Origin: Perna viridis
Taxonomy: Eukaryota
Assembly: GCA_037379345.1 (NCBI GenBank)
Contig: CM074515.1
Span: forward strand, 23,498,001 to 23,562,000
DNA: 64,000 bases
Direction of reading: 5' to 3'
Shown here: positions 1-64,000 of the stretch, piece by piece
How positions within the stretch are numbered: position 1 is the stretch's first letter
Layout of the letters: the number at the start of each line of letters is the position of its first letter
The notes under the pieces: generated by a model
Seen by the model: only the letters and a program-made list of their open reading frames with translations
Databases searched by the model: none
What the model was told of the DNA's origin: nothing
Made by a program: the position numbers and the translations under genes

Positions 1-690
1 ATAAGATGTCTCATTTTTCTCTTGAGAAGATTGAAAACACAAAAACACTACCCAAAAAATTTAATTTAAAAAATAATGAACCCCCTGCTGGTGTTAAGGT
101 TAAAAAGGTCAACATTACATTTCTAATATGAAAAGTAAACAGATATTTCTTCCATGCAGGTTATTGTCTGAGTTATACGTATTTTACACCACTTTTATTG
201 CAATTATTTTTTTACAAAGCATCATCTATTTTATAATGGAACATACTACCCAATATATCTGTCAAAGATTTTTCAGTTTCTTAGCTAAATTTTTAACATA
301 CTTGAATTATTGAACATGATAACCTGAAAAAAAATAATTACACATGTACAACTGGAGAAAAAAACAGAAGTCACTTTCTGTCATATCCTTTGGTGACATG
401 AATACATTGATTTCAGCCTTGAGACTTGATGAAAGGGTTGGGCTAATAAAAGTCTTGAGAACATAGTGTCAAAAGTGCACTTAAAATAAATTGGAAAAAC
501 TGCAACCATAAGTCATACCCCCATAAAAAGATATTTTTAAAAATTGCCATTTTCACAAACATTTGACAAATGCATCAGAATAGAATCTGAGATAATTAAA
601 TCATAGATTACCATTTGACCAACTCTCATTTTGACAAAGATGCTGAAAATACCTGAAAGACAGAGTTTTTAGGCCTGAGAAAATAATTAC

Positions 691-2007
691 CTTTGAGTTA
701 GGTGATACCACTTCAGGTAAATCTTGCCCACTAAAGGTAAATGTCTTCCCTGATGCCTGACTTGGAGAATTTGGTGTTCTTGGTGAAACACTCCTCCATG
801 TAGTTGGTGAATTCGGTTTGACGTAACCTGGTGATGAAGGTGGTGTGAATTTGATATTACCAGTTTTAGATGGGCTTCTCATTCCTCTGACAGGGCGTAA
901 AGTCACCAGTTGTAGATTGGTGAAAACCTGCTGGTGATTGCATACAGCTTTGTCTTCAGCATTTTGGGTACTTGTTCCCTGAATTTCTGATGTAGAACCA
1001 GTAGTGTCTTTAATATATTGTGAAGTGTTGTTTTTACAAGTTCCCATATTCTCTTCAAAACTGTTTTCAGTTCTGGTAGAAGCATGAATATATGTATCTT
1101 GATGTTTACAAGAATTATTTTGATCACATTCAGTGTTAAGATCATTGCTTTTTATATTCTCCTTTCCATTTGACTTACCATCTACCTTTATATTCTCCTT
1201 ATCTTTTGAAATAGCCTTTTCCCTTTTGCTTTCCTCTACATTTGAAACAGTAATTTCTCCTTTTCTACTTTCCCTTTCCTTCAAACTGATATCTCCCCTA
1301 ATGCTCTCCTTTTCATTTGAAATGACTTTTAATCTTTCAATATAGCAATTCTCACACGATTCTGTTAGAGAGTCTTGACAGTTACTACATCCAATTGTTT
1401 GCATATCACCTTCAATATCTAAATGCTTTACCTTTTTAGCTTCTTTACACTGGTTTGAAATTATACCATCTAAATCAACCACCAAATTTTCATCGGGTAA
1501 ATCTGTACTTTTTTCTACACTAAATGAGTCTTTAAGTTGACAGGTGAGTTGTTTGAAATCTGAGCTACTAGATTTCTCCCTTCCTGTACAATGCTGGTAT
1601 GTCTCATTCTTGCAATGAGTATGCTGGTCTAATTTGTCAATTGCCTGACCCTTGTAATCTGAGGACAAGTTGAAAGACCCCAAATCATGATCTGGGTGGT
1701 CAAGATACCCTGAGCTCAACGATGTATTAATTTCCCCAGGGTATCTGACACATTGATGTGAACTGTCACTTCTAAGGTCTAACTCACTAAGTGCATCCTC
1801 ATATTTCACTTTAAAGTCCTCTTTATGGTCATCAGGTTTCTCATTTTCAAATTCCTGCTGTGACCCTACATCGTCTTCAAGGTCATCATGAAAAGAACAA
1901 CTTGATTCGTGAGAGGAATTCACATAAACCTCTTCTTTTTTGTGTATAACTGCAACATCATCATAGTATTCTCCATCACTGCTCTCACAACTGCTGGCAC
2001 CAGTTTC
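691..2007 (-). CDS. Large internal exon (439 codons, phase 0-0) of an unidentified gene; acidic/Ser-rich, probably disordered, with an SP/TP-rich end
   Basis: A 483-codon stop-free frame in AT-rich DNA. Acceptor ttttctctttgaag|GAA at 2007, donor AAG|gtaatt at 691. Length 1317 nt is divisible by 3. No recognisable domain. Confidence 0.75.
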
Positions 2008-2606
2008 CTTCAAAGAGAAAAATAAATTTTGGATGATGGTCATTGAGTACACAAATTAAACTGACAGTAACACTAGAAATCTATGATGGCAAAATGACAA
2101 GACCTATATTTCAATGTATGTGTCATAGTAGTAAGTCATCAGGTTTGCATATATAAGTAATTCTATGTATGCATTTCATTAACAGAAGTCAACTTGACTT
2201 AATAAGGTATATATCTGTGCATGTGTTAAATAAACATGATGAATTATAAATGTCTTTGACTTTGTTGTGAAATGATGATATCGTCTTCTTATTGATTTGA
2301 ATTCTTGTTGTCTATGTGAATTAAGTTATCACCTATTATCTACTTTACTTAATAATTTATTGACATTTAAAATGTGTGAATCTTTTGAAAAACATATCAT
2401 AACCATTTTTAAATCATCAATGAAATTTACTGTTAAGCCATTTTTCTATGAAGTAAAATAGAAAATGCATGATGTGAGGTATACATGTATATATCAGGTT
2501 TGGTTTCCCAAAGAAATAAAGATTTTATAAGGTTTAATGGCACAAATTGAAAAGCTTAATCAAGGGGATATAACTCTGACTCTTATTTTAGCAATACAGA
2601 AATTAC

Positions 2607-2767
2607 AGGGGTGGATCCAGTGATTTTAAAAGGAGGGGTTCAGAGAAAAAAAAGAAAGGTTCCAGGCCACTACTTTTTCATTTTTGCCAAAAAATGAATG
2701 AAATTAACAAAATTTTTAAACAAACTAAGTCCAACCCCTAGAACCCTTCCCTCTGGAACCACCACTG
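2607..2767. mobile_element. Short CAGGGGTGGATCCAG-type MITE; decayed relatives at about 24687-24880, 30302-30434, 54002-54110
   Basis: Terminal inverted repeats caggggtggatccag and ctggaaccaccactg, with G-run and C-run arms. Confidence 0.65.
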
Positions 2768-3154
2768 CATGATATGCATGAGAAACAAATGATGTAAAAG
2801 ATTAGTAATAAATCACACTAGTGATATGTGACTAACATGAAGCATATAATATGCTGCCTCATCTTCTGAATTAAAAATTCTATATCACTGAAATAAAAAA
2901 AATCTAAAATGAAAAAGGAGCTTTTTTTTTTATTTCTGCAAACATTATACCAGGGACATCATTTTCATATTTGGCTATCCCTGATTATACAAAAGATTTT
3001 AACCCATAAATAGGTTTTTTTCAAGTTACATGTTGAGTCATTGACAGTTTCTAAGCCATATATATTCTAATTTGTCATGATATTGTTGACTCATATGGTA
3101 AATATCATTTCATAATGACATATAAAAAAAAAAAAAAAAATAAAAAAAATAATT

Positions 3155-3213
3155 GTCTGAATATAGCTGAAATATTGCTGCTCGGACGTTAAACCCCAAC
3201 AAACAAACAAACA
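3155..3213 (+). mobile_element. SINE-like 3' tail fragment
   Basis: gctgaaatattgctg...gacgttaaaccc followed by a (caaa)n tail. Confidence 0.45.
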
Positions 3214-5870
3214 TAAAAAAATAAAAATTCCACTGAAACATCAAAAATAAATTATGGCATTTTTTTTTAAACATTTACATTTTTCTATTACTTGCACAGA
3301 AATAATTAATGTGAAACTATGCTAAAGAGGCAACTTTTTCACTGTACTTGCGTATAATGTTGTTTTGGGACCAGCTGCAGCCTTCCCAATGGTACAAGGG
3401 TTTCCTTGTTGTTCATTGAAGACCCTCGGTGACCTTGAGCTGACATTTTTCATCCTGCTGGGGTTCATACCTGCCAACTAACACGATTTAAGCATGTTTC
3501 TACGAATCTGACCATTTGCTCAGCTAATTCGATTTTTCAGGTCAAATTTGTCCCAAAACCTGATTTTGTCAAAATTACCTAGAAAACTCTGAATTCAAAT
3601 GCCTAAATTCGGTTTCGATCACAAATCTTTGATTGAATGTACCATTAATCTGATAAAAGGCATTAATTGCTGTCTAAACAGGTAAGGGTATGTTTAATGA
3701 CAGGTAATAATCTCTGAGGAACAACCAGCTGATCAGGGTTGAATCCTGATTGGATCTACCACTATTTTCCGAACAGCCAATCATTTTCTAAAGATAAATT
3801 TCTACAGCACAATAAATTATACAAATGTTGTACATTTGACAGGTCTAAAATTTGAAGAACCACATCTGTAAACAAATTATAAAATACAAAATGAGTCACC
3901 ATACCTATTCTCTTTCTATTCTTTTATTACATTTCTGCAATTTCAACAGTGCAATATATTTCTCAACAGTTTTGTTTGCAATAGCTGAAGGAAATATTAA
4001 TACTGTTGGTTTTAAATGATGATGATTTTTGAGATGTGGTAGCAACATTATTGAATATTTGCTACATTTCCCCATATACTGCACCTCATGGTATGTATTT
4101 AATGACAAGAAAGAGAAGCCCAAGTTGTCTTCAGCTTAGAATCTTCATACCTATTGATGAATATAATGTTGATGTGAAAATGTCTGATACCTGTAGATAA
4201 TCCAATTAATGAATAATTAAAAAATTGTATACTGATGCTCCTCAAACAAACTCTAATAGAATGAAGGGAAGATGTGCACAATGTACTCCATAATGGTAGA
4301 AATACATTTGTACAATGTATAAATTTGAATAAAATTTTTTCTCATTTATTTTTTTAGAATTCTCAACTTCAGAATTTCAATTTAGATTTAGAGGAATCCA
4401 CCATAAAATGGGCTTTTAAACATCAATTAATTACATTGCATGCACATGTTGTTCAACTAAAACCAAAGACTGAAGTCTTCAACATCACTAATCGTCAAAT
4501 ATTCTATGCCACTGATTTTGGCTTGCTTTCAACATCCAGGCAAATTCAATCCTCTGCTATACTTACATGTAACTCCCAATCAATCAGTGATTTTCTCATT
4601 TTCACCATAAACCCTGACATAGATATATGTAAGGACTTGGTTCAGAATTTAAAACAAAGGTACGAATTTTAGTGAGCTGTAACTTACTGATTTTAGGTCA
4701 ATTGATAATGAACATTTATGTTCTTTTCCATTTCACATCTTTAGACATATCATACATTTGTACGAGCAAAATAATTATATTCCTTTTTCCAAAATCTACT
4801 TGACATTTTAGAACGTTTTTAAAGTTTATGTCGGTTTTGTTTACTTTCAAATTTTCAACTTTGTTGTGTAACGCAACAGTTCATCAATCAGCTAAGAAAG
4901 GCAAACTTCAAGCAGTTGTGATATGCATTATTTAAAATCGGGTGACTTGGTAACAGTAATGACCCAAATGTTTCTAAATCAAAACAACACGGAGATTAGG
5001 GGTTTCCTAGCTAAATTACAGAAAGTTCAATGCTAACCGATCATTTCATCTTATAATGTAAACTTCCCACTCTCATACAAGTAAAAAACACATGTAGAAC
5101 ACATGAGCATGTATAGTATTTAAGAGGTACATTTTGATCTCGTATGAGGCTAGAATTGACGGTTCTACAGCACTAATCAGAAGCATAATGTGGTGTAGTA
5201 ATATATAATTATCCTTATCATATACACATGTACAGTACTGAAATTACAAGTTCAAGAAGTCATTAACAATATTAGCCACTTAAAAAGCTCTTTACTACTA
5301 GAATCAGAATGGTTGGTCTCATTCATACATTACAACAGTAAAACCACATACAGTGTGCAAAATATGTCACAAAATTGCCCTTTCACACATTCCACCTAGA
5401 AAAAAAAACATGGGAATTTTCAAAAGTTGGCAGATATTCTCTTTGACATATTCACCATATCCATTCTCATTATATTATTACAACTTTAAGTAACTGTCAT
5501 AATTATTATCATCAGCTGGAATTGGACAAAAGAGATTAAGCACTGATGGAATACTACCAAACATCAATTATAAGTGTCAGAGGATGATTCCAGAGTTGAG
5601 GTTCTGATTGGAATATAAAAATATATAGGAGAGAAAGGTAATATCCTTGGGGAAATTATTAATCAGGACTTTATGAAAAAAATTCCTAGTTCCTTTCCCT
5701 GTTTTGGAGAGGTACACCAAGTTAAATGTAGCCTTGATTAGGTCAGTCAAAATAATTATTAGTTGGGCTATACATTTGATAGTAGGAGAAAATTTGAGGA
5801 CATCAATTTTATAGATATGGAGATTTTTATAGAAGGGATGTAACACTAGCTATATCCTATATATATATAT

Positions 5871-6430
5871 GTAGACAATAGACAATTGACAATTTTATTT
5901 GCACAAACACATTTACAGTAAATGGTTATGGCATGAACAAAAACAGAACAATGTAATATGCATTACATATAAACTAAATTTATGACCATGGTATGACAGT
6001 AGTGTAAATCTGATCAAAACAGATTAATCGATAGTTTTAACATTATATATTAATATCATTCCTGTTAAATTAAATTGACCTTCGATTCCAACATTCACTC
6101 ATGAATTTGATAGTTATTTTTAGTATTTCTATAGAGCTACTGTTTACTATGTATGTTATGTCTCTTGGTGTGGGGTGAGGTTTTGATGAAGAAATTAAAT
6201 TATGGTTGTGCATAGTGGGTGCACACCAAGAATAAATGATATTCATTCTCTATGTTCCCACTATCACAGGATCTATAAATACGTTTTTTTCTCTCTGTTT
6301 TTGTACAGACCCCTTTCTATTTCTAGTGCATGTGCACTCAAACGAAATTTACTGATGATTGATCTTTCTATTTTAGATTTACATAAATCAATATATGGGG
6401 GTCTTTTAGACGGAATATATATAAGCTAAA
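5871..6430 (-). mobile_element. 5'-truncated, decayed CR1-group LINE, 3' end
   Basis: Minus-strand frames give IISKFRLSAHALEIERGLY and, after a frameshift, KRIYRSCDSGNIENEYHLFLVCTHY, typical of the C-terminus of CR1-group ORF2. Ends in AATAAA plus short ATTGTC-type tandem repeats. Confidence 0.75.
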
Positions 6431-9224
6431 AACAGGTCAGACATACGTATAATGGCCAAATATAAGGGAACACTATAAAATACGCGGGTTTCGATGAAAA
6501 ATACCGAGAAACCACCAATTGTCCCCAAGCGTCTGTGCCTGGTATGTCCTTCAAAATCTCTGGAACCATGGCTGTGTTATGTCCTTAAATGCTTTCAAAG
6601 CTAATTCCCTTTGTTTAAGGGGAAAATGCAGTAACATCAATCGCCATTTCCTCTTTTGCAGACTACATCTAAAAGTTATCCCAATCAAAAAGCAAACCTG
6701 TCTGAAAATACTGGGTGTTGCTGTGTAAGGGAGTGAGACACTTTGTATACGTATTTTCTCCGATCACACAGAATTCTGTGAACTAATATTTTTTTGTGTT
6801 TTATTTTTATTTTGTTGCATTGAATAATGCGTTGTAAATTTCTTTAAGAATAATATTGGTGTCTGCTGTGGGGTCTTTTATCACTGTATTGGTTGCGCTC
6901 CACTTATCTTACATAATAAGTTATAACAGGGACTTTACATGTATACAGTGTATGTACATGTTGTACACTCCCTTCTCCCTGGTCAAAACAATTTATGTAA
7001 TTCGAGGTTCTACAGTATTTATAGATATCATATTTAAACATAAAGAAATTGAACGACATTAAAGATATACACTAATTGTAAATACACAGCTTGCTTTTGA
7101 AAAATGTCAAATAAATATGTGCAAATTTCCTTATATAAAACCCTTGATATTTTGGAAATGTTTGCTTTGTTTTATAATCTGTCCGTTATCGATATGCACC
7201 TGATTACTTACATGCTTAATTATGCTATTAGTATAGTTTCAATTTGCATTTGAAATCAGGTAATCTAATCGATTATTGAGCACAGGAAGACCGATTTTAA
7301 AGATGAAAAAAAAAACACAAATATTGTTATATACAGAGAAAAAATACAATGTTTTAATGCAGTGTGTGTTGGGTTGGTTTTTTTCTTTGAAGACAAGGCA
7401 GTTTCTAGAATATTTTCCATAAATTCAAGTTGATGTCTCCATTCTATATTTTTTTTTATTGTGGTTAAATTATCACGGTCATTAGTTCAATAAATATTTA
7501 CCATGTCTTTTTATTTTTATGATTGGGCTATGAATCAGTTCGGATAAGCGAATAGACTAGTAAAGGGCAGTAAAAGCAAAGTCCTCCATCGTTAAGTAAA
7601 TCATTGGGTTTGGACGCTATTGCTACCGGATAATTCAGTTGCTTCGCACAAATATTGGTATTGAATGACATTAAAATGCCCTCTTTCATGATCGAAATTT
7701 TCTAACGACATTTACGTGTTGTCGACAACATAGACGGACAAAAACTATTAGCTTAGTGAAATTGTATGTGATTTAGGACAAATCAATTTAATTTACTTGG
7801 TCTTATTGTATGATAAGCATGCCCCACGCTGGTTATATTACGGCGATTAAGTATCAAAAACTTTGCCCCAAAATATATTAAGATAGGTAACTATGTTATA
7901 GAAATTTCTCTTACAGTGTAGACACACTATAATTGTTTTTTTTTAAACTCACTTCTTCCTTGGATTTGAAGTAATTCCACACTGTATTAGCCAATGACTT
8001 TGATATTCCACCAATGTATTTGGCACCATCAAAAACCGGTGAAGGGAACATCTCGTGTCAGTTTTCTAATAGTGTACTTTCCGACTCCTGCATTATGATA
8101 AGAATTGTTTCCAATTAACCACTAGCTATCGTATAGCTTATTGACTTGGTGATTTTCTAAAATAACGTAAAAAATGTAGTGAAGAATGCTTCCTTTTGAT
8201 TTAGTTTACTTTTGGTGCCTGATTGGTCAACATAGATTCAGACCAAGTCTTATGTTTTACGACACCAAGCCGAAGATCACAAGAGGCAAATCGTGTCTAG
8301 TCATAAACTTGTAAACACTAATCCTTTAAAGTTTCAGGAGATTTATGAACCCATTATTCCTAGTTGATAATTTACATATTTATCATTCCTTTTTAGAAAC
8401 CACTACAAAGTATGCCAACTGTCCATCTAAGCTTGAAAACCCAGAACAATTCGTCTGTCAAATTCTATCTAAATGAAATACCTAAGTTGGCTATTTACGT
8501 TCAAATATCCATGTTACATACATGTCATAAATACTGGTACAAGTATTGTTCTAAATGCAGTTAATTATGTTCCAACGTGTACTACATGCACTTTACATGT
8601 AAATAAAACAGGTGTTTACATGTTAAAGTATCGCAGGTTAAGCGCCGGAGATAGAAAGCCTTTGAAGCATGTAATAATTCCAGAGGTACTAAATGAATAT
8701 GAATAAGTCACAGTGAGATCCAAATATAAGCTCAATAGTGATACACTTCCGAACTTGCATTGTCAAGTACTGTAGCTAATTTATGAATATCCTCGTAAGG
8801 TATAAGTATTTTATGCTTGAGCGAGACACCTGATGAGCTTTTGATAGATGCAACATTACACCTTTAATACATACTGTATGAAAGTTTTAAAGTCTTAAGA
8901 CATGTATGTAGATCCCGGATGTCAAGGTGTGTTTTACAGTTTATAAAACATCTTGTCAATATTACATGCTTATATCAAAAGGTGTTTTTTGTTTTAATGA
9001 TTTTCCGCAGGCGAATTTAAATGTTGAATGTCCTTGGTCAACCAAAATTTATTTTTTACTTATCTAACAGGCCAAATACAGAAAATAATCTTGCTATTCA
9101 TCATCATATCCCCCATACCAAACGAGGGGCTCTCACAATAATCCTGTAAATGTTGAAAGCCCTATTATCCTATTAAACAACTTTCATCCATAGAAAGAAA
9201 TATTCTCATTCTTTTGTAAATTTT

Positions 9225-9460
9225 GAGGTAAGTGTCAAGATAAGGTGTCCGTATCTTATATCTGAATCTCTTTCGGGTAGTTATAATGAAGAAAGTCATC
9301 AAATGTAGGATCGCATCATCCAAATGGCAGAAACCAGACGTTTAAACAACTTGAGTTCCCTTTTTAAGGTCTTCATCATAAGAATATAGGGAAAAATCAG
9401 CTAGTAGAGGTGCACAAAAAGTGTGCCCATCGGGACGCCTACTGTAAGCTGAAACATTAA
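9225..9460 (-). mobile_element. Decayed Penelope-like reverse transcriptase fragment
   Basis: FQLTVGVPMGT, frameshift, CAPLLADFSLYSYDED, then FDDFLHYNYPKEIQI...YLD. Resembles the GIPMGTNCAPLLADLFLYSYE RT motif. Confidence 0.7.
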
Positions 9461-9565
9461 TTCACGAAGTTACTTATTTCAAATCCAAAGTAAATTAGTA
9501 AAGTTTACATCTTTTTCAATTCATAGCTGCCACGAAGAAATGTTTATTTCATTTTATTTTAAGTG

Positions 9566-10677
9566 TTTAATTATGAGTATATCACCTATTGATGTGCAGT
9601 AGTTGTTTGCTCTGTTCAACTATGCGTATGCACTATCTCATCACGTGTAGTTGTCTGCCCCGTTTAACCATAAGTATGTACCATCTCATCATGTGCCGTT
9701 TGCCCTGTTTAACTGTGAGTATGCACCATCTTATCGTGTATAGTTGTTTGCTATGTTTCACTATGAGTATGCACCATCTCATCATGTCTCGTTGTTTGCT
9801 CTGTTGAAATATGAGTATGCACCATCTTATCGTTTGTAGTTGTTTGTTCAGTTCAACTATGACTAAGCACCATTTTATAATGCGTATTTGTTTGCTCCAT
9901 TTAACTATGAGAATGTACCATCTCATCTTGTCCCGTTTGCCCCGTTTATCTATGAGTATGCATCATCTTATCATGTGTAGTTTGCTCTGTTTAATTATGA
10001 GTATGCACATCTCATCATGTGTCGTTGTTTGCTCTGTTGAACTATGAGTATGCACCATCTTATCGTTTGTAGTTGTTTGTTCTGTTCAATTATGACTAAA
10101 CACCATCTTATCATGTGTATTTGTTTGCTATGTTTCACTATGAGTATGCACCATCTTATCATGTATAGTTGTTTGCTCCATTAACTATGAGAATGTACCA
10201 TCTCATCATGTACCGTTTACCCCGTTTATCTATGAGTATGCGCCATCTTATCATGTATAGTTGTTTGCTCCATTTAACTATGACTATGCACATCTTATCA
10301 CGTGTAGTTGTTTGCCCCATTTAACTACAAGTATTTTCCACCTCATCATGTGCAGTTTGCCCTGTTTAACAATGAAAATGCACCATCTTAATATGTGTAG
10401 TTTTTTGTTCGGTTTCAATACAAGTATGCACCATTTTAACATGTGTAGTTGTTTGCTCCATTTAACCATGAGTATGTACGATCTCATCATGTGCCGTTCG
10501 CCATTTTAACTATGCTTATCATGTGTAGTTGTTTGCTGCATTTAACTATGAATATGTACGATCTCATCATGTGCTGTTTGCCCTGTTTTAACTATGAGTA
10601 TGCACCAACTTATCATGTGCAGTTGTTTGCTCCATTTAACTATGAGTATTCACCATCTTATCATGTGTAGTTGTTTG
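9566..10677. repeat. Minisatellite of about 23 interleaved 48-bp and 45-bp units
   Basis: Consensus about ttaactatgagtatgcaccatcttatcatgtgtagttgtttgctccat. Confidence 0.95.
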
Positions 10678-11197
10678 TAAAAAAATAATTGAAATTGGAA
10701 AAATGGTAAATGAGGGGCACCATAAATATAAGATGATAGATAATCTTTTACCATTTTGTGTAAGAATCAGGCAATGGTTGGCACATCATAATTCTCAATT
10801 TGGGCTTTTTTGCCTCAAATGTATTCAATACATCTAGAAAACAACTGAAAATCTTTTTAATTTTATCCTGAAGCATTCATGACATAGATATTATTTTAAA
10901 GAAAATCTTCACCTCATTTTTTTCATAGTGCATTTCAACTAAATTTGACCTACCACTATCTTAAAACGGCAAATTTTACAAACACTTTGATGGTTATTTC
11001 TGGTGGTTATCAGATATAAATACTTGGTTAATGCAATTAAATCTCTGTGTCTTCTTCCTTCGTGTGCCATACCTTAAACACATTTTGCTTGATTCTTAGA
11101 TAAAGAAGTACTTAAAGGCTGAGAATAAAAAAAATCAAATTGAGTTAGACATTAGAATAAGAATAATAAACAAGCCATACAGATATATATTTCTGAT

Positions 11198-11203
11198 TTT
11201 ATT
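11198..11203 (-). promoter_or_regulatory. Candidate polyadenylation signal of the dynein gene (3' UTR about 1.1 kb)
   Basis: AATAAA on the minus strand, followed 20-40 nt later by a T/GT-rich tract (ctgtatggcttgtttattattcttatt). Confidence 0.5.
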
Positions 11204-12296
11204 AACTAACAACTTGTTATCTTGGAACAACTAAAGATAAATAGAATAAATTTGTAATAACAGGAAAATGTAAATGTTTGAAACACAAGCAAAAGTCACT
11301 TGAGTATAGAGAATTCATGTAAGGACAAAAAGTGGACGAAATTATCACAATTCACAAATATCACATGAAAACAGGCAATATTTCAAAAATTAATAATAAT
11401 ATAAACATAGTCACATGATTTAATTTTAGAAAAAAGTTGAGGAAAAACAAATTTAAATTTGTAATAATGAAATCCTTATATTAAGCATCTTATAATTATA
11501 TATAAAACAGCATTAATATGGACATAATAATTCAAAATTTATATCTTATTTGGACGGAAAATTTCTAAATATCACAATGCAATTCATATTCTTTTCTTAC
11601 TAATTCTATTACCTCCACAAAAAGGCTGGTGAAATACTTGTCACCCCTAATAAAAAATATTCCATCCACCAAAGTGCAATATTAACCCTACAAATCTAAA
11701 TATTTTTCAGCCTTTTCGGGTTTTGTCGAAATCTAAAACAGAAAATATAATTTTCTACCAATTTATAAAATCTATCTTAAGTTTTCAAAACTACTTAAAT
11801 TTTAGTTTTACATATGAATAAACAATTAAATCATATCTATTAAAATACTGTAGAAAGCTTCATTGTACATATACTGGAATATGCATGCTAGCGTAAATAT
11901 TCTTACAATTAAATGTTTGGACGGAACTTAAGATAGGAAAACATTTGAACAGGGTAATACATATACATGTCACTTTGATCATTAAGTATAAACCACCAAT
12001 TATAAAAAATTACATCACAGAAAGTTTGAAATATTATAAGCACAATGCTACACGTACTAATCATACAAAAAATCTTGATAAAATCAAAATAAAAAACAAA
12101 TAAATATATTCCATTTTGTAGCCATCTAGAATATCACTCAAAATGACTTATCCTATGAAAGTCCTATAAATTCATCAGCATGCACTAAAATTACAAATAA
12201 ATTATAATTTGTTCTAAATATAGTAACATAATCTTCATTACAGAATCTGTAAAAGTATAAAAATATGGATTGTCCAACTGAACATGGATTTTCTGT

Positions 12297-63543
<51,247 letters not shown>

Positions 63544-64000
63544 CTGTAACAGATACAAATTAAATAATAATAGTAGAAAAAATTCCTGCACATTTTTCAT
63601 TGATTATAACTTCTTTCATTGAATCTTTTCATTTTTTTCAACACAATTAAATATACTGCATATATAAAATAATTTAGGGTTGGGTCTGTAATACCCATAG
63701 TATCTTGCCCATTATTTCACCATTGTTTAGAATTCTTGGATAAACAGCCAATATGATCAAGAATTGTAATTTAAAGAAAGAAATTATTATAATGTTTTGA
63801 AGAATTTTACAGGAGCAATGAATATACTTTGAAAGTAATTTGGCACTTCTTGAATGTGCAAAATGTTTTATATGTATGTAACTTAGTTATTGAAAACTGA
63901 AAGTTATCAAAATATCTTTTGAAAAATGGGACATCATAATGTCACATCTTACGATTTTTCTTCGTTAGTTACATACTTTCTAGTTTTAGAAATGGTTAAA

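Noticed and set aside
6480-6780. GC-richer segment with a 69-aa plus ORF and a broken minus-strand frame
   Set aside because: I could not match it to any family. It is probably another decayed repeat next to the LINE fragment.
9589-10670. His/Cys/Met-rich ORFs suggesting a metal-binding protein
   Set aside because: They derive from the satellite, are broken by indels, and appear on both strands.

Overview
AT-rich, intron-containing animal genomic DNA. The repeat repertoire suggests a lophotrochozoan such as a bivalve mollusc (inference). Most of the window (12297-63543, minus strand) is one axonemal outer-arm dynein heavy chain gene of the DNAH5/DNAH8 (gamma-type) class. I traced 58 exon positions with GT-AG boundaries and continuous reading phase, about 13.6 kb of CDS or about 4,540 codons. 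The first exon(s) lie beyond the right edge. The most notable result is an exon position between the AAA3 and AAA4 modules that is filled by two tandem, diverged, intact paralogous exons (35317-35439 and 34783-34911), a candidate mutually exclusive pair. Nearby are a decayed third copy, decoy donor sites, and an unusually long intron with many inverted repeats that could control the choice through RNA pairing. A 33-bp tandem repeat also duplicates one splice donor in frame (55605-55735). The left end holds one large low-complexity exon of an unidentified minus-strand gene. The remainder is LINE and Penelope relics, several MITE families and minisatellites. There are no prokaryotic features and no CRISPR array.
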